Of a DNA stretch of 64,000 bases, positions 39,419-48,512 are shown in pieces. The position numbers and the translations under genes were made by a program. Positions within the stretch are counted from its first letter, which is position 1. Each line of letters starts with the position of its first letter. The notes under the pieces are model-generated. The model worked only from the letters and a program-made list of their open reading frames with translations. It was not told the DNA's origin and did no database searches. The stretch comes from an uncultured Planctomycetales bacterium. Its GTDB lineage: Bacteria > Omnitrophota > Gorgyraeia > Zapsychrales > Aceulaceae. The stretch is taken from assembly GCA_964648665.1 (NCBI GenBank), contig CAZYOA010000004.1, positions 52,894-116,893 on the forward strand. Direction: 5' to 3'.

Positions 39419-40522
39419 AAAGTTTTTTACCATTTCAGCGATTGCTAAGCAAGATGTTAAGCCTGGCGATTCAATTCCAAGCAAGTTAATAAAACCTTCC
39501 AAGTTGTTTTCTTTTTCATTAACAATAACAAAATCTCTAAATTTATCTTCTGGTGATTGAAGTTTGGCACGAATTCCGCATGTGTCAGGAGTCAGGTCAT
39601 CATTGGAAAGATTTTTAAGAAAACGCGAAACAGATGAAATAAATTTCTGTTTATCTTTTTCATTAATAGTGTAATCAATGTTGTCAGTGAAGGTTGCGTC
39701 TGGGCCAAGGCGAAGACCGCCTGCAAGATCAGGCGTGATATGAATACCAAGGTCTGTCGAGCTTGGAGGCGGATAAACAAGATGCTGGATATTAAATTTC
39801 TTTGGATTTGCAATACGAAAATATTGCCCCTTACTGTAATAAATTTTATATTTATTTTCTTCGATATTGATTCCAGCCATAGCGGCAACTTGATCAGCAT
39901 AAAATCCAGACGCATTAATGATGATATTTGTTTCAAAGCAAAAAGATTCTCCCGTTGGTTCCTTGACGGTAATCTTGTATCCTGAAGATTGTTTCTTGAT
40001 ATCAATAACTTTTATATTGTAAGCAAATTCAACTTTATTTTGTTTTGATTGTTCATAAAAGAAATGCATTAGTTGATGAGAATCAATGATGCCGGTGTCT
40101 GGAGAAAAAAGTGCATTTTGGGCTTTTATGCTTGGTTCTAGAGAGGCGAGCTCGTTATTTTCTAGAAAACGAAGATTTTCAACACCATTTTCAAAAGCGT
40201 TATCTTTGATACCTTGAATTGTTTTCTCTTCTTCGTTGTTGCAGGCAATTAATATTTTTCCAATTTTTTGATGAGGAATATTGTGTTCTTGGCAAAGGTC
40301 ATAAAGCATCTGTTTTCCCTTGATACAAAGTTTTGCTTTTAGAGAATCAGGTGGATAGTAGATTCCAGCGTGAATAACTTCAGAATTACGAGAAGATGTT
40401 TCGCGCCCAAAAGAATCGTGCTGTTCAATAACAAGGATATCTTTATGATTTTTTGATAAAGCAAAACTTGTAGCAAGTCCGCAAACGCCAGCTCCGATAA
40501 TTGTAATGTTAGCTTTATCCAT
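39413..40522 (-). CDS. FAD-dependent oxidoreductase, L-2-hydroxyglutarate oxidase-like
   Basis: IGAGVCG, SSRNSEVIHAGIYY, KGQYF, LGIH.T.DL.G..RLGPD, GIESPGLTS. Confidence 0.85.
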   Translation of the reverse strand: MDKANITIIGAGVCGLATSFALSKNHKDILVIEQHDSFGRETSSRNSEVIHAGIYYPPDSLKAKLCIKGKQMLYDLCQEHNIPHQKIGKILIACNNEEEKTIQGIKDNAFENGVENLRFLENNELASLEPSIKAQNALFSPDTGIIDSHQLMHFFYEQSKQNKVEFAYNIKVIDIKKQSSGYKITVKEPTGESFCFETNIIINASGFYADQVAAMAGINIEENKYKIYYSKGQYFRIANPKKFNIQHLVYPPPSSTDLGIHITPDLAGGLRLGPDATFTDNIDYTINEKDKQKFISSVSRFLKNLSNDDLTPDTCGIRAKLQSPEDKFRDFVIVNEKENNLEGFINLLGIESPGLTSCLAIAEMVKNFL

Positions 40523-40631
40523 AATGTCATTATTGTACACGTCTCATTAAGGAAGTCCAAGAGGAAAATGCATAGAAAACGTCTTTTATTTGTGATAGCA
40601 TAAATGCATTATTTGAAACAAAGGAGAATCT

Positions 40632-41162
40632 ATGGTTAATGAAAATGAAGCGAAAGATCAGGCTTTAAGAAATATTGCACAACAAATGATTATTGCTGCA
40701 CGCACAGCTCCTAAGGGAAAAGGTGCAGATACATTTGTTTTTAAGATTGCAGAACGAGATGACATTGAAATGCTTTCTAAAAAGACAAAAGAAATCGGAG
40801 AAAAATGTAATGCTGGTGCTTTCTTAAGAGACGCAGAAAATATTTTAAATGCTTCTGTCGCTGTTTTGTTTGGGACACGTATTAAACCGCTAGGTCTTAA
40901 AAAATGTGGAATGTGTGGATTTGAAGATTGTGGCGAAAAAGATAAACATAAAAATATTCCGTGTGTTTTTAACACAGGCGATTTAGGCATTGCACTTGGT
41001 TCTGCTATAAGTGTTGCGACAGATCATAGAGTTGACAATCGTGTTATGTATACGGTTGGACAGGCTGTTCTTGAAACAGGTATTTTAGGAGATGATATTA
41101 AAGTTGCTTATGTCGTTCCCTTGACGGCAACGTCTAAGAATCCATTTTTTGATCGAAAATAA
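40632..41162 (+). CDS. DUF2148-like ferredoxin-motif protein
   Basis: AARTAPKGKG, CGMCGF..C, DLGIALGSA, VDNRVMY, KNPFFDR. Confidence 0.8.
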   Translation: MVNENEAKDQALRNIAQQMIIAARTAPKGKGADTFVFKIAERDDIEMLSKKTKEIGEKCNAGAFLRDAENILNASVAVLFGTRIKPLGLKKCGMCGFEDCGEKDKHKNIPCVFNTGDLGIALGSAISVATDHRVDNRVMYTVGQAVLETGILGDDIKVAYVVPLTATSKNPFFDRK

Positions 41163-41173
41163 AGAGGCTTAGT

Positions 41174-41650
41174 ATGAATCATTCAATTCAAAAAGGGTTT
41201 AGTTTTGGTCTTAGTTCAGGAATTATTACAACATTGGGTTTAATTGTTGGGCTTTATTCTGGAACAGGATCTAAGATGGTTGTAATTGGCGGCATTCTAA
41301 CAATTGCTATTGCTGATGCTTTTTCAGATGCTTTAGGTATTCATCTTTCAGAAGAAGCCGAGGGTGTTCATAGCACAAGAGAGATTTGGGAAGCAACGGC
41401 ATCAACTTTTGTTGTGAAATTTTGTTTTTCCATCATTTTTGTTCTACCAGTTATTTTTCTTGAAACGTTAACGGCTATTTTTATTAGTATTGTTTGGGGA
41501 TTATTGGTTTTGGGTGTGTTTAGTTATTATATTGCTAAAAAAGATAAAGCAAATCCAATTAAAGTGATTTCCGAGCATTTAACGATTGCTGTGCTTGTTA
41601 TTGTTGTGACGTATTATGTAGGAAAATGGATATCAGGAGTTTTTGGATAA
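41174..41650 (+). CDS. VIT1/CCC1-like membrane protein
   Basis: FGLSSGIITTLGL, AIADAFSDALGIHLSEE, five TM helices. Confidence 0.7.
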   Translation: MNHSIQKGFSFGLSSGIITTLGLIVGLYSGTGSKMVVIGGILTIAIADAFSDALGIHLSEEAEGVHSTREIWEATASTFVVKFCFSIIFVLPVIFLETLTAIFISIVWGLLVLGVFSYYIAKKDKANPIKVISEHLTIAVLVIVVTYYVGKWISGVFG

Positions 41651-41651
41651 A

Positions 41652-42020
41652 TTAGTTTTTTAGAAAAATCTTTATTTTTTCTAATAGAATTGTTAAATCA
41701 ACAGGTTTAATGAGGTAGTCATCTGCGCCGACATCGTTACCAATTTCGATGTCTTTTTCTTTATCGCGAGAAGTTAGAAGAATAATAGGAATGTTTTTGT
41801 GTTTTGGATCATTCTTGAGAAGTTGGCAAAGATTGTATCCGTTAATGATTGGCATCATAACGTCTAGAATAATGAGGTCTGGATATTTATCCATGGCCAT
41901 TTGAAGACCATCGGCAGCTTTTGTTGCAGATAAAACAGTGTATCCATTTTCTGGAAGCTTGGTTGCTAAAAGTTTTGTTTGAACAGGATCATCATCAATA
42001 ATTAAAATCTTTTTTATCAT
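41652..42020 (-). CDS. Single-domain response regulator
   Basis: IDDD, ILDVMMP, LTS, GADDYLIKP. Confidence 0.9.
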   Translation of the reverse strand: MIKKILIIDDDPVQTKLLATKLPENGYTVLSATKAADGLQMAMDKYPDLIILDVMMPIINGYNLCQLLKNDPKHKNIPIILLTSRDKEKDIEIGNDVGADDYLIKPVDLTILLEKIKIFLKN

Positions 42021-42149
42021 GTTGATATTTTAACGTGTTTTAAGTAGAAATTCAACAAAAGAACGAAAAAGAACAGCAACGACAAAGAAGTTCGCGTTGC
42101 AGATTTTTTGTGATAAAATATATTTTAAGCATTTTAAATGAAATAAGAA

Positions 42150-43394
42150 ATGGTTGTAAGGGAGAGGAAAATTATTAAAAAAGTTGTTAAAATTAGTCAA
42201 GCCCAAGAAATTCAATTTCTTCGAAAAATTGTTGATTTAACAAGTTCCGATCTTGATCTGAGTCTTATTTTAAGAGAGGTTGTTTCTATCGTTGGTCAAA
42301 TCACAAAAGCAGACTCTGTTTTTATCTATTTATTTGATGATAAAAAGAAGATTTTAACTTTAATGGCGTCTAAGCTTCCGCATAAAAAAGAACTTGGAAG
42401 AATTACATTAAAAGTTGGTGAAGGTATTACGGGTTGGGTTGCCAAGGAAAGCAAAACAGTTTGTATTAAAAAGAGCGCGTGTAAAGACTCTCGTTTTAAG
42501 AATTTTGATGTTCTTCCAGAGGATCAATACGAAGCTTTTCTTTCGATTCCTATTCCGTACAAAGGGTTTCCTATTGGAGTTATCAATGCTCAGCATAAGA
42601 AGGCGTATGATTTTCCAACAAGTGTTGTTAGTTTGATTTCAACTATTGCTAAACAAGTTAGTGGCGTTATTGAAAATGCACGGCTTTATGCGGATGCAAA
42701 GAAAAAAGCTGTTCAGTTTGATAAATTGATGAAAGTTAGTCAGTCTATTACTTCAGAAAGTTATCTCGACGAGATTTTAAATTTAATTGTTGTCGTTACA
42801 GCAGAAATGTTAGATTCAAAGATTTGCTCTGTTATGCTTTTAGATGAAAAGAAACAAGAGCTTTCTATCAAAGCAACACAATCTTTGAATGAGGATTATA
42901 AAAAGAAACCTAATATTAAAGTGGCTAAATCTTTAAGCGGGGAAGCTGTAAAAGCAAAAAAAGCTAAGATGTATTTTGATGTTCGCATGGAAGAGAAATA
43001 TGCTTATCGTGATCTTGCTGATAAAGAGCGATTAAGCTCTATGCTATCAGTTCCAATGATTGTTAAAGATCGCGTTATTGGAGTTATTAATATTTATACA
43101 AAAAGACCGCATGCTTTTTCTCAAGAAGAAGTTAGCGTTCTTCAGATGGTGTCTAATCAAGCGGCAATTGCTATTGAAAATACTAAATTGGTAGAAGAAA
43201 CTGTGAAGGCTAAAGAAGCGCTTGAAACTCGTAAGCTTGTTGAGCGGGCTAAAGGGGTTTTGATGCGCATGCAAGGATTGCCAGAGGAAGAAGCTCATAA
43301 AATGATTCATAAAAAGAGTATGGATTCTTGCAAATCTATGAAAGAAATTTCTGAGTCAATTATTTTAATGGATGAGCTTGCGAAAAGAAAGTGA
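42150..43394 (+). CDS. GAF-GAF-ANTAR RNA-binding antiterminator
   Basis: Two GAF domains (GEGITGWVA...; SVPM..KDRVIGVINIY...AAIAIEN) and a C-terminal ANTAR domain (ETRKLVERAKGVLM...EEEA...SMD...M.EI...I). Confidence 0.93.
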   Translation: MVVRERKIIKKVVKISQAQEIQFLRKIVDLTSSDLDLSLILREVVSIVGQITKADSVFIYLFDDKKKILTLMASKLPHKKELGRITLKVGEGITGWVAKESKTVCIKKSACKDSRFKNFDVLPEDQYEAFLSIPIPYKGFPIGVINAQHKKAYDFPTSVVSLISTIAKQVSGVIENARLYADAKKKAVQFDKLMKVSQSITSESYLDEILNLIVVVTAEMLDSKICSVMLLDEKKQELSIKATQSLNEDYKKKPNIKVAKSLSGEAVKAKKAKMYFDVRMEEKYAYRDLADKERLSSMLSVPMIVKDRVIGVINIYTKRPHAFSQEEVSVLQMVSNQAAIAIENTKLVEETVKAKEALETRKLVERAKGVLMRMQGLPEEEAHKMIHKKSMDSCKSMKEISESIILMDELAKRK

Positions 43395-43404
43395 TTTTTT
43401 GCAC

Positions 43405-43432
43405 TTGACAAATCCTGAGAATATTGTATATT
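43405..43432 (+). promoter_or_regulatory. Sigma70 promoter of the glnA leader
   Basis: Perfect TTGACA, 16 bp spacer, TATATT; predicted TSS ~43439, just before the first hairpin. Confidence 0.75.
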
Positions 43433-43445
43433 TAGATCAGTAGTA

Positions 43446-43493
43446 GGGCAATGATGTCCGCTTAAATCAATGAAGATTTTAAGCGGATTTTTT
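43446..43493 (+). promoter_or_regulatory. ANTAR attenuator unit 1 (two hexaloop hairpins plus intrinsic terminator)
   Basis: GGGC-AATGAT-GTCC and AAATC-AATGAA-GATTT hairpins (loop A1/G4, C-G closure); terminator TCCGCTTAAA/TTTAAGCGGA plus T6. Confidence 0.85.
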
Positions 43494-43496
43494 ATT

Positions 43497-43555
43497 GGGC
43501 AATGATGTCCGACAGTTTTCTCGACGATGTTTCTTGGGAAAGGTCGGATTTTTTT
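43497..43555 (+). promoter_or_regulatory. ANTAR attenuator unit 2
   Basis: GGGC-AATGAT-GTCC overlaps the terminator TCCGAC..TTTTCTC / GGGAAAG-GTCGGA plus T7. Confidence 0.8.
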
Positions 43556-43566
43556 GTTTTAAATTT

Positions 43567-43634
43567 GGGCAACGACGTCCTCAAGAAAAGCTAGCGGTGG
43601 CATGTTGTTTAGGCTTTAACTTGAGGATTTTTTT
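43567..43634 (+). promoter_or_regulatory. ANTAR attenuator unit 3
   Basis: GGGC-AACGAC-GTCC overlaps the terminator TCCTCAAG / CTTGAGGA plus T7. Confidence 0.8.
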
Positions 43635-43700
43635 AAGAGAAAGAAAATCTGTAGAAGAATTTGTTAAAGCTATAAATAAGAAGATTTAAAAGGAGGAAAA

Positions 43701-45797
43701 ATGAAAAAAGAAAGAAAAATACAAACAGTTGCTGATTTCTTCGGCGAAAACGTATTTACATTAAAGACGATGCGTAATTATCTTTCAGAGAAGGCGCATA
43801 AATCTTTAAGTCAAACAATTGAAACTGGAGGCATGCTCGATCCTTCTATTGCAGATGAAGTTGCTGATGCGATGAAGACTTGGGCTGTTTCAAAAGGGGC
43901 AACACATTTTACACATTGGTTTCAGCCTTTAACGGGGACAACAGCAGAAAAGCATGATTCTTTTATCACGCCAGATGGAGAAGGTGGGGTTGTTTTGAAA
44001 TTTTCTGGAAAAGAATTAATTCAAGGTGAACCAGACGCATCAAGTTTTCCATCTGGAGGTCTTCGTCCAACATTTGAAGCGCGTGGATATACAGGATGGG
44101 ACCCAACAAGCCCTGCCTTTATTAAGGAAGGTCCTGAAAGTGCGACACTTTGTATTCCAACATATTTTGTTGGTTGGCATGGAGAAGCTTTAGATAAGAA
44201 AACACCACTTTTGCGCTCTATGAATGCATTGTCAAAGCAAGTATGTCGTTTAGGGGAATTGTTTGGAATTAAATCTAAGGGAAAACAGTCGTATGTAACA
44301 TTAGGTGGCGAGCAAGAGTATTTTTTAATTGACCGAGAATATTACTATGACAGGATTGACCTTATTCAAACAGGGCGAACATTGTTTGGAAAAGAGCCTG
44401 CAAAACATCAACAAATGTCTGATCATTATTTTGGAGCAATTAAAAGCCGAATTATGGGATTCATGGAAGAGTTTGATCGCGAGATGTGGAGAATGGGAAT
44501 TCCCGCAAAGACTCGACACAATGAAGTAGCTCCTGCTCAATTTGAGGTTGCTCCAGTTTTTGAGAGTCTTAATTTAGCTGTTGATCATAATATGATTTGT
44601 ATGGAAATTGCTCAAAAGGTAGCAGAAAAACATGGATTTGTTTGTCTTCTTCATGAAAAGCCTTTTGCTGGTGTTAATGGTTCAGGAAAGCATAACAATT
44701 GGGCGATTGTAGGTCCAGATGGCAAGAATTGGCTTGCTCCAGGAGACAATCCTCATGAGAATGCAAAGTTTTTAGTTGTGCTTTGTGCTGTTATTAAAGC
44801 CGTTGATAAGTATGCAGGAATGCTGAGAGTTTCGATTGCGTCAGCAGGAAATGATCACAGATTAGGTTCTCATGAAGCGCCACCTGCAATTATTTCTATC
44901 TTTTTAGGTGATCAACTTACAGATATTATTAAACAAATTGAAAATGGTGGTGCAAAAACATCTAAAAAAGGCGGAGTTTTAGAAATTGGTGTTGATTCTC
45001 TTCCTACGTTACCGAGAGATGCAACAGATCGCAACAGAACATCACCGTTTGCTTTTACAGGTGCAAAGTTTGAGTTTCGAGCTGTAGGGTCTAATGCAAG
45101 CTTGGCTGGACCGAACATTGTATTAAATACGATTGTTGCCGATGTTTTAGGCGGAATGTGTGAAACATTAGAAAAAGATAAAAAAGCTAAGAAAGATTTT
45201 AATGAGTCTATTCAGAATCTTTTAAAGACCATTATCAAAGAACATAAAAAAGTTATTTTTAATGGAGATAATTATACTCAAGATTGGGTAAAAGAAGCAA
45301 AGAAAAGAGGGCTTCCAAATCTAAAGAATACAGCAGAAGCTTTGGAGATTCTAAAGGATCCTAAAATTCCAGCTTTATTTGAGAGGCAAAAAGTTTTAAC
45401 AAGAAAAGAATTAAAATCTCGATATGAAGTTTATAAAGAAACATATGAGACTATTCTTGACTTTGAGGGACGCCTTTCAATTGATATGGCAAAAACAATG
45501 ATTCTTCCTGCTGCTGTCGAGTATCAGAATCAGTTAGCTGAGACAATCAAGAGTGTTGAGTCTGTGAATAAGACAAAATCAATAGCAACGCGTAAGCTTC
45601 TTAAAGAAATTACAAAGCAGGCAGAACTAGCTTTAGTTTTAATTGAGAAATTAGAGAGTGTTGTTAAAAAGGGAGATGGAGTAAAAACAAAAATAGCTAT
45701 GGAGAGATTACGTGAACCGGTTGATGCGCTAGAAGGATTGGTTCCTGTAGATATTTGGCCGCTTCCATCTTATGCTGAAATGTTGTTTATGCTTTAA
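43701..45797 (+). CDS. glnA: Glutamine synthetase type III
   Basis: [62 protein letters not shown]; strong RBS. Confidence 0.96.
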   Translation: MKKERKIQTVADFFGENVFTLKTMRNYLSEKAHKSLSQTIETGGMLDPSIADEVADAMKTWAVSKGATHFTHWFQPLTGTTAEKHDSFITPDGEGGVVLKFSGKELIQGEPDASSFPSGGLRPTFEARGYTGWDPTSPAFIKEGPESATLCIPTYFVGWHGEALDKKTPLLRSMNALSKQVCRLGELFGIKSKGKQSYVTLGGEQEYFLIDREYYYDRIDLIQTGRTLFGKEPAKHQQMSDHYFGAIKSRIMGFMEEFDREMWRMGIPAKTRHNEVAPAQFEVAPVFESLNLAVDHNMICMEIAQKVAEKHGFVCLLHEKPFAGVNGSGKHNNWAIVGPDGKNWLAPGDNPHENAKFLVVLCAVIKAVDKYAGMLRVSIASAGNDHRLGSHEAPPAIISIFLGDQLTDIIKQIENGGAKTSKKGGVLEIGVDSLPTLPRDATDRNRTSPFAFTGAKFEFRAVGSNASLAGPNIVLNTIVADVLGGMCETLEKDKKAKKDFNESIQNLLKTIIKEHKKVIFNGDNYTQDWVKEAKKRGLPNLKNTAEALEILKDPKIPALFERQKVLTRKELKSRYEVYKETYETILDFEGRLSIDMAKTMILPAAVEYQNQLAETIKSVESVNKTKSIATRKLLKEITKQAELALVLIEKLESVVKKGDGVKTKIAMERLREPVDALEGLVPVDIWPLPSYAEMLFML

Positions 45798-45810
45798 TTT
45801 AGGAAAACTA

Positions 45811-46515
45811 ATGATTCTTTTTTTAAAACATATCGATATTGAAGGTCCTGGAATTTTTGAGAATCTTTTTGAAAAAGAAGGTTTTGATATAAAGGTTATT
45901 GATCTCGATAAAAACAGTGTGATGCCTGAAGATTCTTCGGGCATCAAAGCTGTTGTTATTTTAGGCGGACCGATGAATGTTTATCAGGAGGATGAGCATT
46001 CTTTTCTTAAGGATGAGAATAATTTTATTCAAATGCTTATTAAGAAGAAAATTCCTTGCTTAGGGATTTGTTTGGGTGCTCAGCTTTTGGCTAAAGCGCT
46101 TGGAGCAAAGGTAAGAAAGTCATCTGTTAGAGAGATTGGCTTTCATGATGTCTGCTTAACAGAGGATGGGTTAGAAAATCCACTTTTTGAGGGTCTTGGA
46201 TATTCTATGAAAGCTTTTCAATGGCATGAAGATACATTTGATATACCAAAAAAAGGAATGCTCTTAGCTGAATCTATGGGGTGTGAGAATCAAGCATTTT
46301 ATTTTGGTGAGAATGTTTATGGATTGCAGTTTCATGTTGAGGTTGATGGCCCTATGATTGAGAACTGGATGAAGACTTATTGGAATATTGAAGATATTTC
46401 TAAAGATAAAAAAGCTCAAGAAATTGTTAAAGAGTATGATAAAATTAAGTCTACATTTGATTCTCAAGCAAATATAATTTGTAAGAATTTTGTGAAGATT
46501 ATTAGAGAAAAGTAA
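45811..46515 (+). CDS. Class I glutamine amidotransferase
   Basis: LGGPM, GICLGAQ, QWH.D.F, QFH.E. ATG at 45811 follows AGGA. Confidence 0.9.
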   Translation: MILFLKHIDIEGPGIFENLFEKEGFDIKVIDLDKNSVMPEDSSGIKAVVILGGPMNVYQEDEHSFLKDENNFIQMLIKKKIPCLGICLGAQLLAKALGAKVRKSSVREIGFHDVCLTEDGLENPLFEGLGYSMKAFQWHEDTFDIPKKGMLLAESMGCENQAFYFGENVYGLQFHVEVDGPMIENWMKTYWNIEDISKDKKAQEIVKEYDKIKSTFDSQANIICKNFVKIIREK

Positions 46516-46554
46516 TATTCTTTTAAGATTTAATGCATAAAAAATAGGCAAATA

Positions 46555-48240
46555 ATGAAAAAAATAAGAATCGCATTAGCACAAATCAATACTATTGTTG
46601 GTGATCTTTCTGGAAATTCTAAAAAGATCTTAAGCTTTGTTGATATTGCACGTCAGATTGATAGCGATATTGTTATTTTTCCAGAGCTTGCTATTACAGG
46701 TTATCCTCCTGAAGACTTACTTTTAAAGAAGTATTTTGTTGATGACAATAAAAAAGAGCTTCGTCTTTTGGCATCTAAAATAAAAGATATAACAGCTGTT
46801 GTTGGATTTGTAGATTGTGATCGTAATAAAAATCTTTACAATGCTGCGGCTGTTATTGCTAATGGAAAGATTAAGGGAGTTTACGCAAAGCAATGTCTTT
46901 CGAATTATGGTGTTTTTGATGAAAAGCGCTATTTCTTAAAAGGCGATGAAAACTTTATCTTTTCTTTAAATGGAATTGGTTTTGAAATAAGTATTTGTGA
47001 AGATATTTGGGATGAAAACGGATTGTGTGTTAAGCAGGCAAAAAGTGATGCTCAGGTGCTTCTTAACCTTTCTGCTTCCCCCTATCATTCTGGAAAAGCT
47101 CGACAACGCCAAATGCTTTTATCGAAAAGAGCAAAACAAAGAAAATCATTTGTTTGCTATTGCAATCTTGTTGGCGGACAAGATGAACTTGTTTTTGACG
47201 GAATGAGCGCGATTGTTGATTCTGATGGCAAGACTATGGCTGTAGGTCGACAATTTGAAGAAGATTTGATTGTTACTGACATTGATATTGATGAAAAAAA
47301 GAAAATAAGATCAAAATGTGTTTGCACAATAAAACAAAAGACATCAGAAGAGAAAGTTTTTATTAAGTTAAAAAAGAATAAGAAATTAAGCTCTTGTGAA
47401 GAAATTTATAAGGCTCTTGTTTGCGGTACCCAAGATTATATTTTAAAGAACGGATTTAAGAAAGTTGCTCTTGGTATAAGTGGCGGAATTGACTCTGCTT
47501 TAGTTGCGATCATTGCAGCTGATGCTTTAGGAAAAGAAAATGTATTAGGTGTTTCAATGCCATCTCAACACACATCGAAATCTACACAAGCTGATGCTAA
47601 GAGGCTTGCGAAAAATCTTGGGATTGCCTTTCTCGAGATACCGATTAAGCAAACTTACCAGGCGTATATCGCAACTTTGAAAAAACAGTTTGCAGGCCAA
47701 AAAGAAAATATTGCTGAAGAAAATTTACAGGCACGTATTCGAGGAAATATTTTGATGGCTCTTTCTAATAAGTTTGGATATTTGGTTTTAACGACGGGAA
47801 ATAAAAGTGAAATTTCTGTTGGATATTGTACTCTTTATGGAGATATGGCAGGAGGTTTTGCACCAATTAAAGATGTTCTAAAAACGAAAGTTTATGATTT
47901 GGTAAAATATCGAAATCAAGAAGAAGGATCAAATTTAATTCCAAAAAGCATTATTAAGCGCCCTCCAACAGCGGAACTTAGAAAAGGACAAAAAGATCAG
48001 GATAGCCTTCCTCCGTATGATGTCTTGGATTCGATTTTAGAGGCCTACGTGCAAGGAGATTTAAGTATAAAGTCTTTAGAGAAAAAGAAAATTAGCATTA
48101 AGCTTACTAAGAAAATTATTGGACTTGTTGATCGCATGGAATATAAGCGTAGACAAGCACCATTGGGCGTTAAAATTACTTCTAAAGCTTTTGGTAAAGA
48201 TCGACGTTTACCGGTTATTAATAAATATACGGAAAAGTAA
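46555..48240 (+). CDS. nadE: Glutamine-dependent NAD+ synthetase
   Basis: Nitrilase-fold domain (FPEL, FDEKRYF, ICEDIW) plus SGGIDS, ENLQARIRG, TTGNKSE, PTAEL. Confidence 0.96.
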   Translation: MKKIRIALAQINTIVGDLSGNSKKILSFVDIARQIDSDIVIFPELAITGYPPEDLLLKKYFVDDNKKELRLLASKIKDITAVVGFVDCDRNKNLYNAAAVIANGKIKGVYAKQCLSNYGVFDEKRYFLKGDENFIFSLNGIGFEISICEDIWDENGLCVKQAKSDAQVLLNLSASPYHSGKARQRQMLLSKRAKQRKSFVCYCNLVGGQDELVFDGMSAIVDSDGKTMAVGRQFEEDLIVTDIDIDEKKKIRSKCVCTIKQKTSEEKVFIKLKKNKKLSSCEEIYKALVCGTQDYILKNGFKKVALGISGGIDSALVAIIAADALGKENVLGVSMPSQHTSKSTQADAKRLAKNLGIAFLEIPIKQTYQAYIATLKKQFAGQKENIAEENLQARIRGNILMALSNKFGYLVLTTGNKSEISVGYCTLYGDMAGGFAPIKDVLKTKVYDLVKYRNQEEGSNLIPKSIIKRPPTAELRKGQKDQDSLPPYDVLDSILEAYVQGDLSIKSLEKKKISIKLTKKIIGLVDRMEYKRRQAPLGVKITSKAFGKDRRLPVINKYTEK

Positions 48241-48283
48241 AAAAAGTTATTTAATAGTTGTAAGATTGTAAAAAAATATTAAA

Positions 48284-48512
48284 ATGGATAAAAAATTACA
48301 GAAAAAGAAATAAAGAAGGATTTTGTTAAAGCAAAAAGAGGAAAATCTATCGCTATATTATTAATGATGTTGAGAAAGTATTGATAACGAAAGCTCTTGA
48401 GCAAGCGTTTGGCAGTCAAGCCTTAGCTTCTAAAATTCTTGGAATCAATCGAAATACAATTTGTTCTAAGATTAAAAAATTAAAAATAAAAGTGAATCAA
48501 TTTAAGATATGA
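48284..48512 (+). pseudogene. Fis-family HTH protein, apparently frameshifted (absent from the ORF track)
   Basis: 48345-48512 reads IYRYIINDVEKVLITKALEQAFGSQALASKILGINRNTICSKIKKLKIKVNQFKI*. Its stop overlaps the gltB ATG (ATGA). ATG 48284 joins this frame only if one A is added to each of two A-tracts. Confidence 0.7.

Noticed and set aside
43598-43612. Sigma54-like TGGCATG motif upstream of glnA
   Set aside because: Reads GG-N10-AG rather than GG-N10-GC and lies inside a terminator hairpin.
43446-43634. Three direct repeats with unique spacers as a mini CRISPR array
   Set aside because: Repeats are only 14 bp, periods are unequal (51 and 70 bp), the spacers form terminators, and there are no cas genes. 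ANTAR attenuators explain it better.
43495-43689. 64-aa ORF in the glnA leader (possible leader peptide)
   Set aside because: TTG start without an RBS, crosses two terminators, and shows no Gln/Glu codon run.
45772-45810. ORF-track N-terminal extension of the GATase
   Set aside because: Overlaps the glnA end; ATG 45811 has an RBS and matches the family N-terminus.
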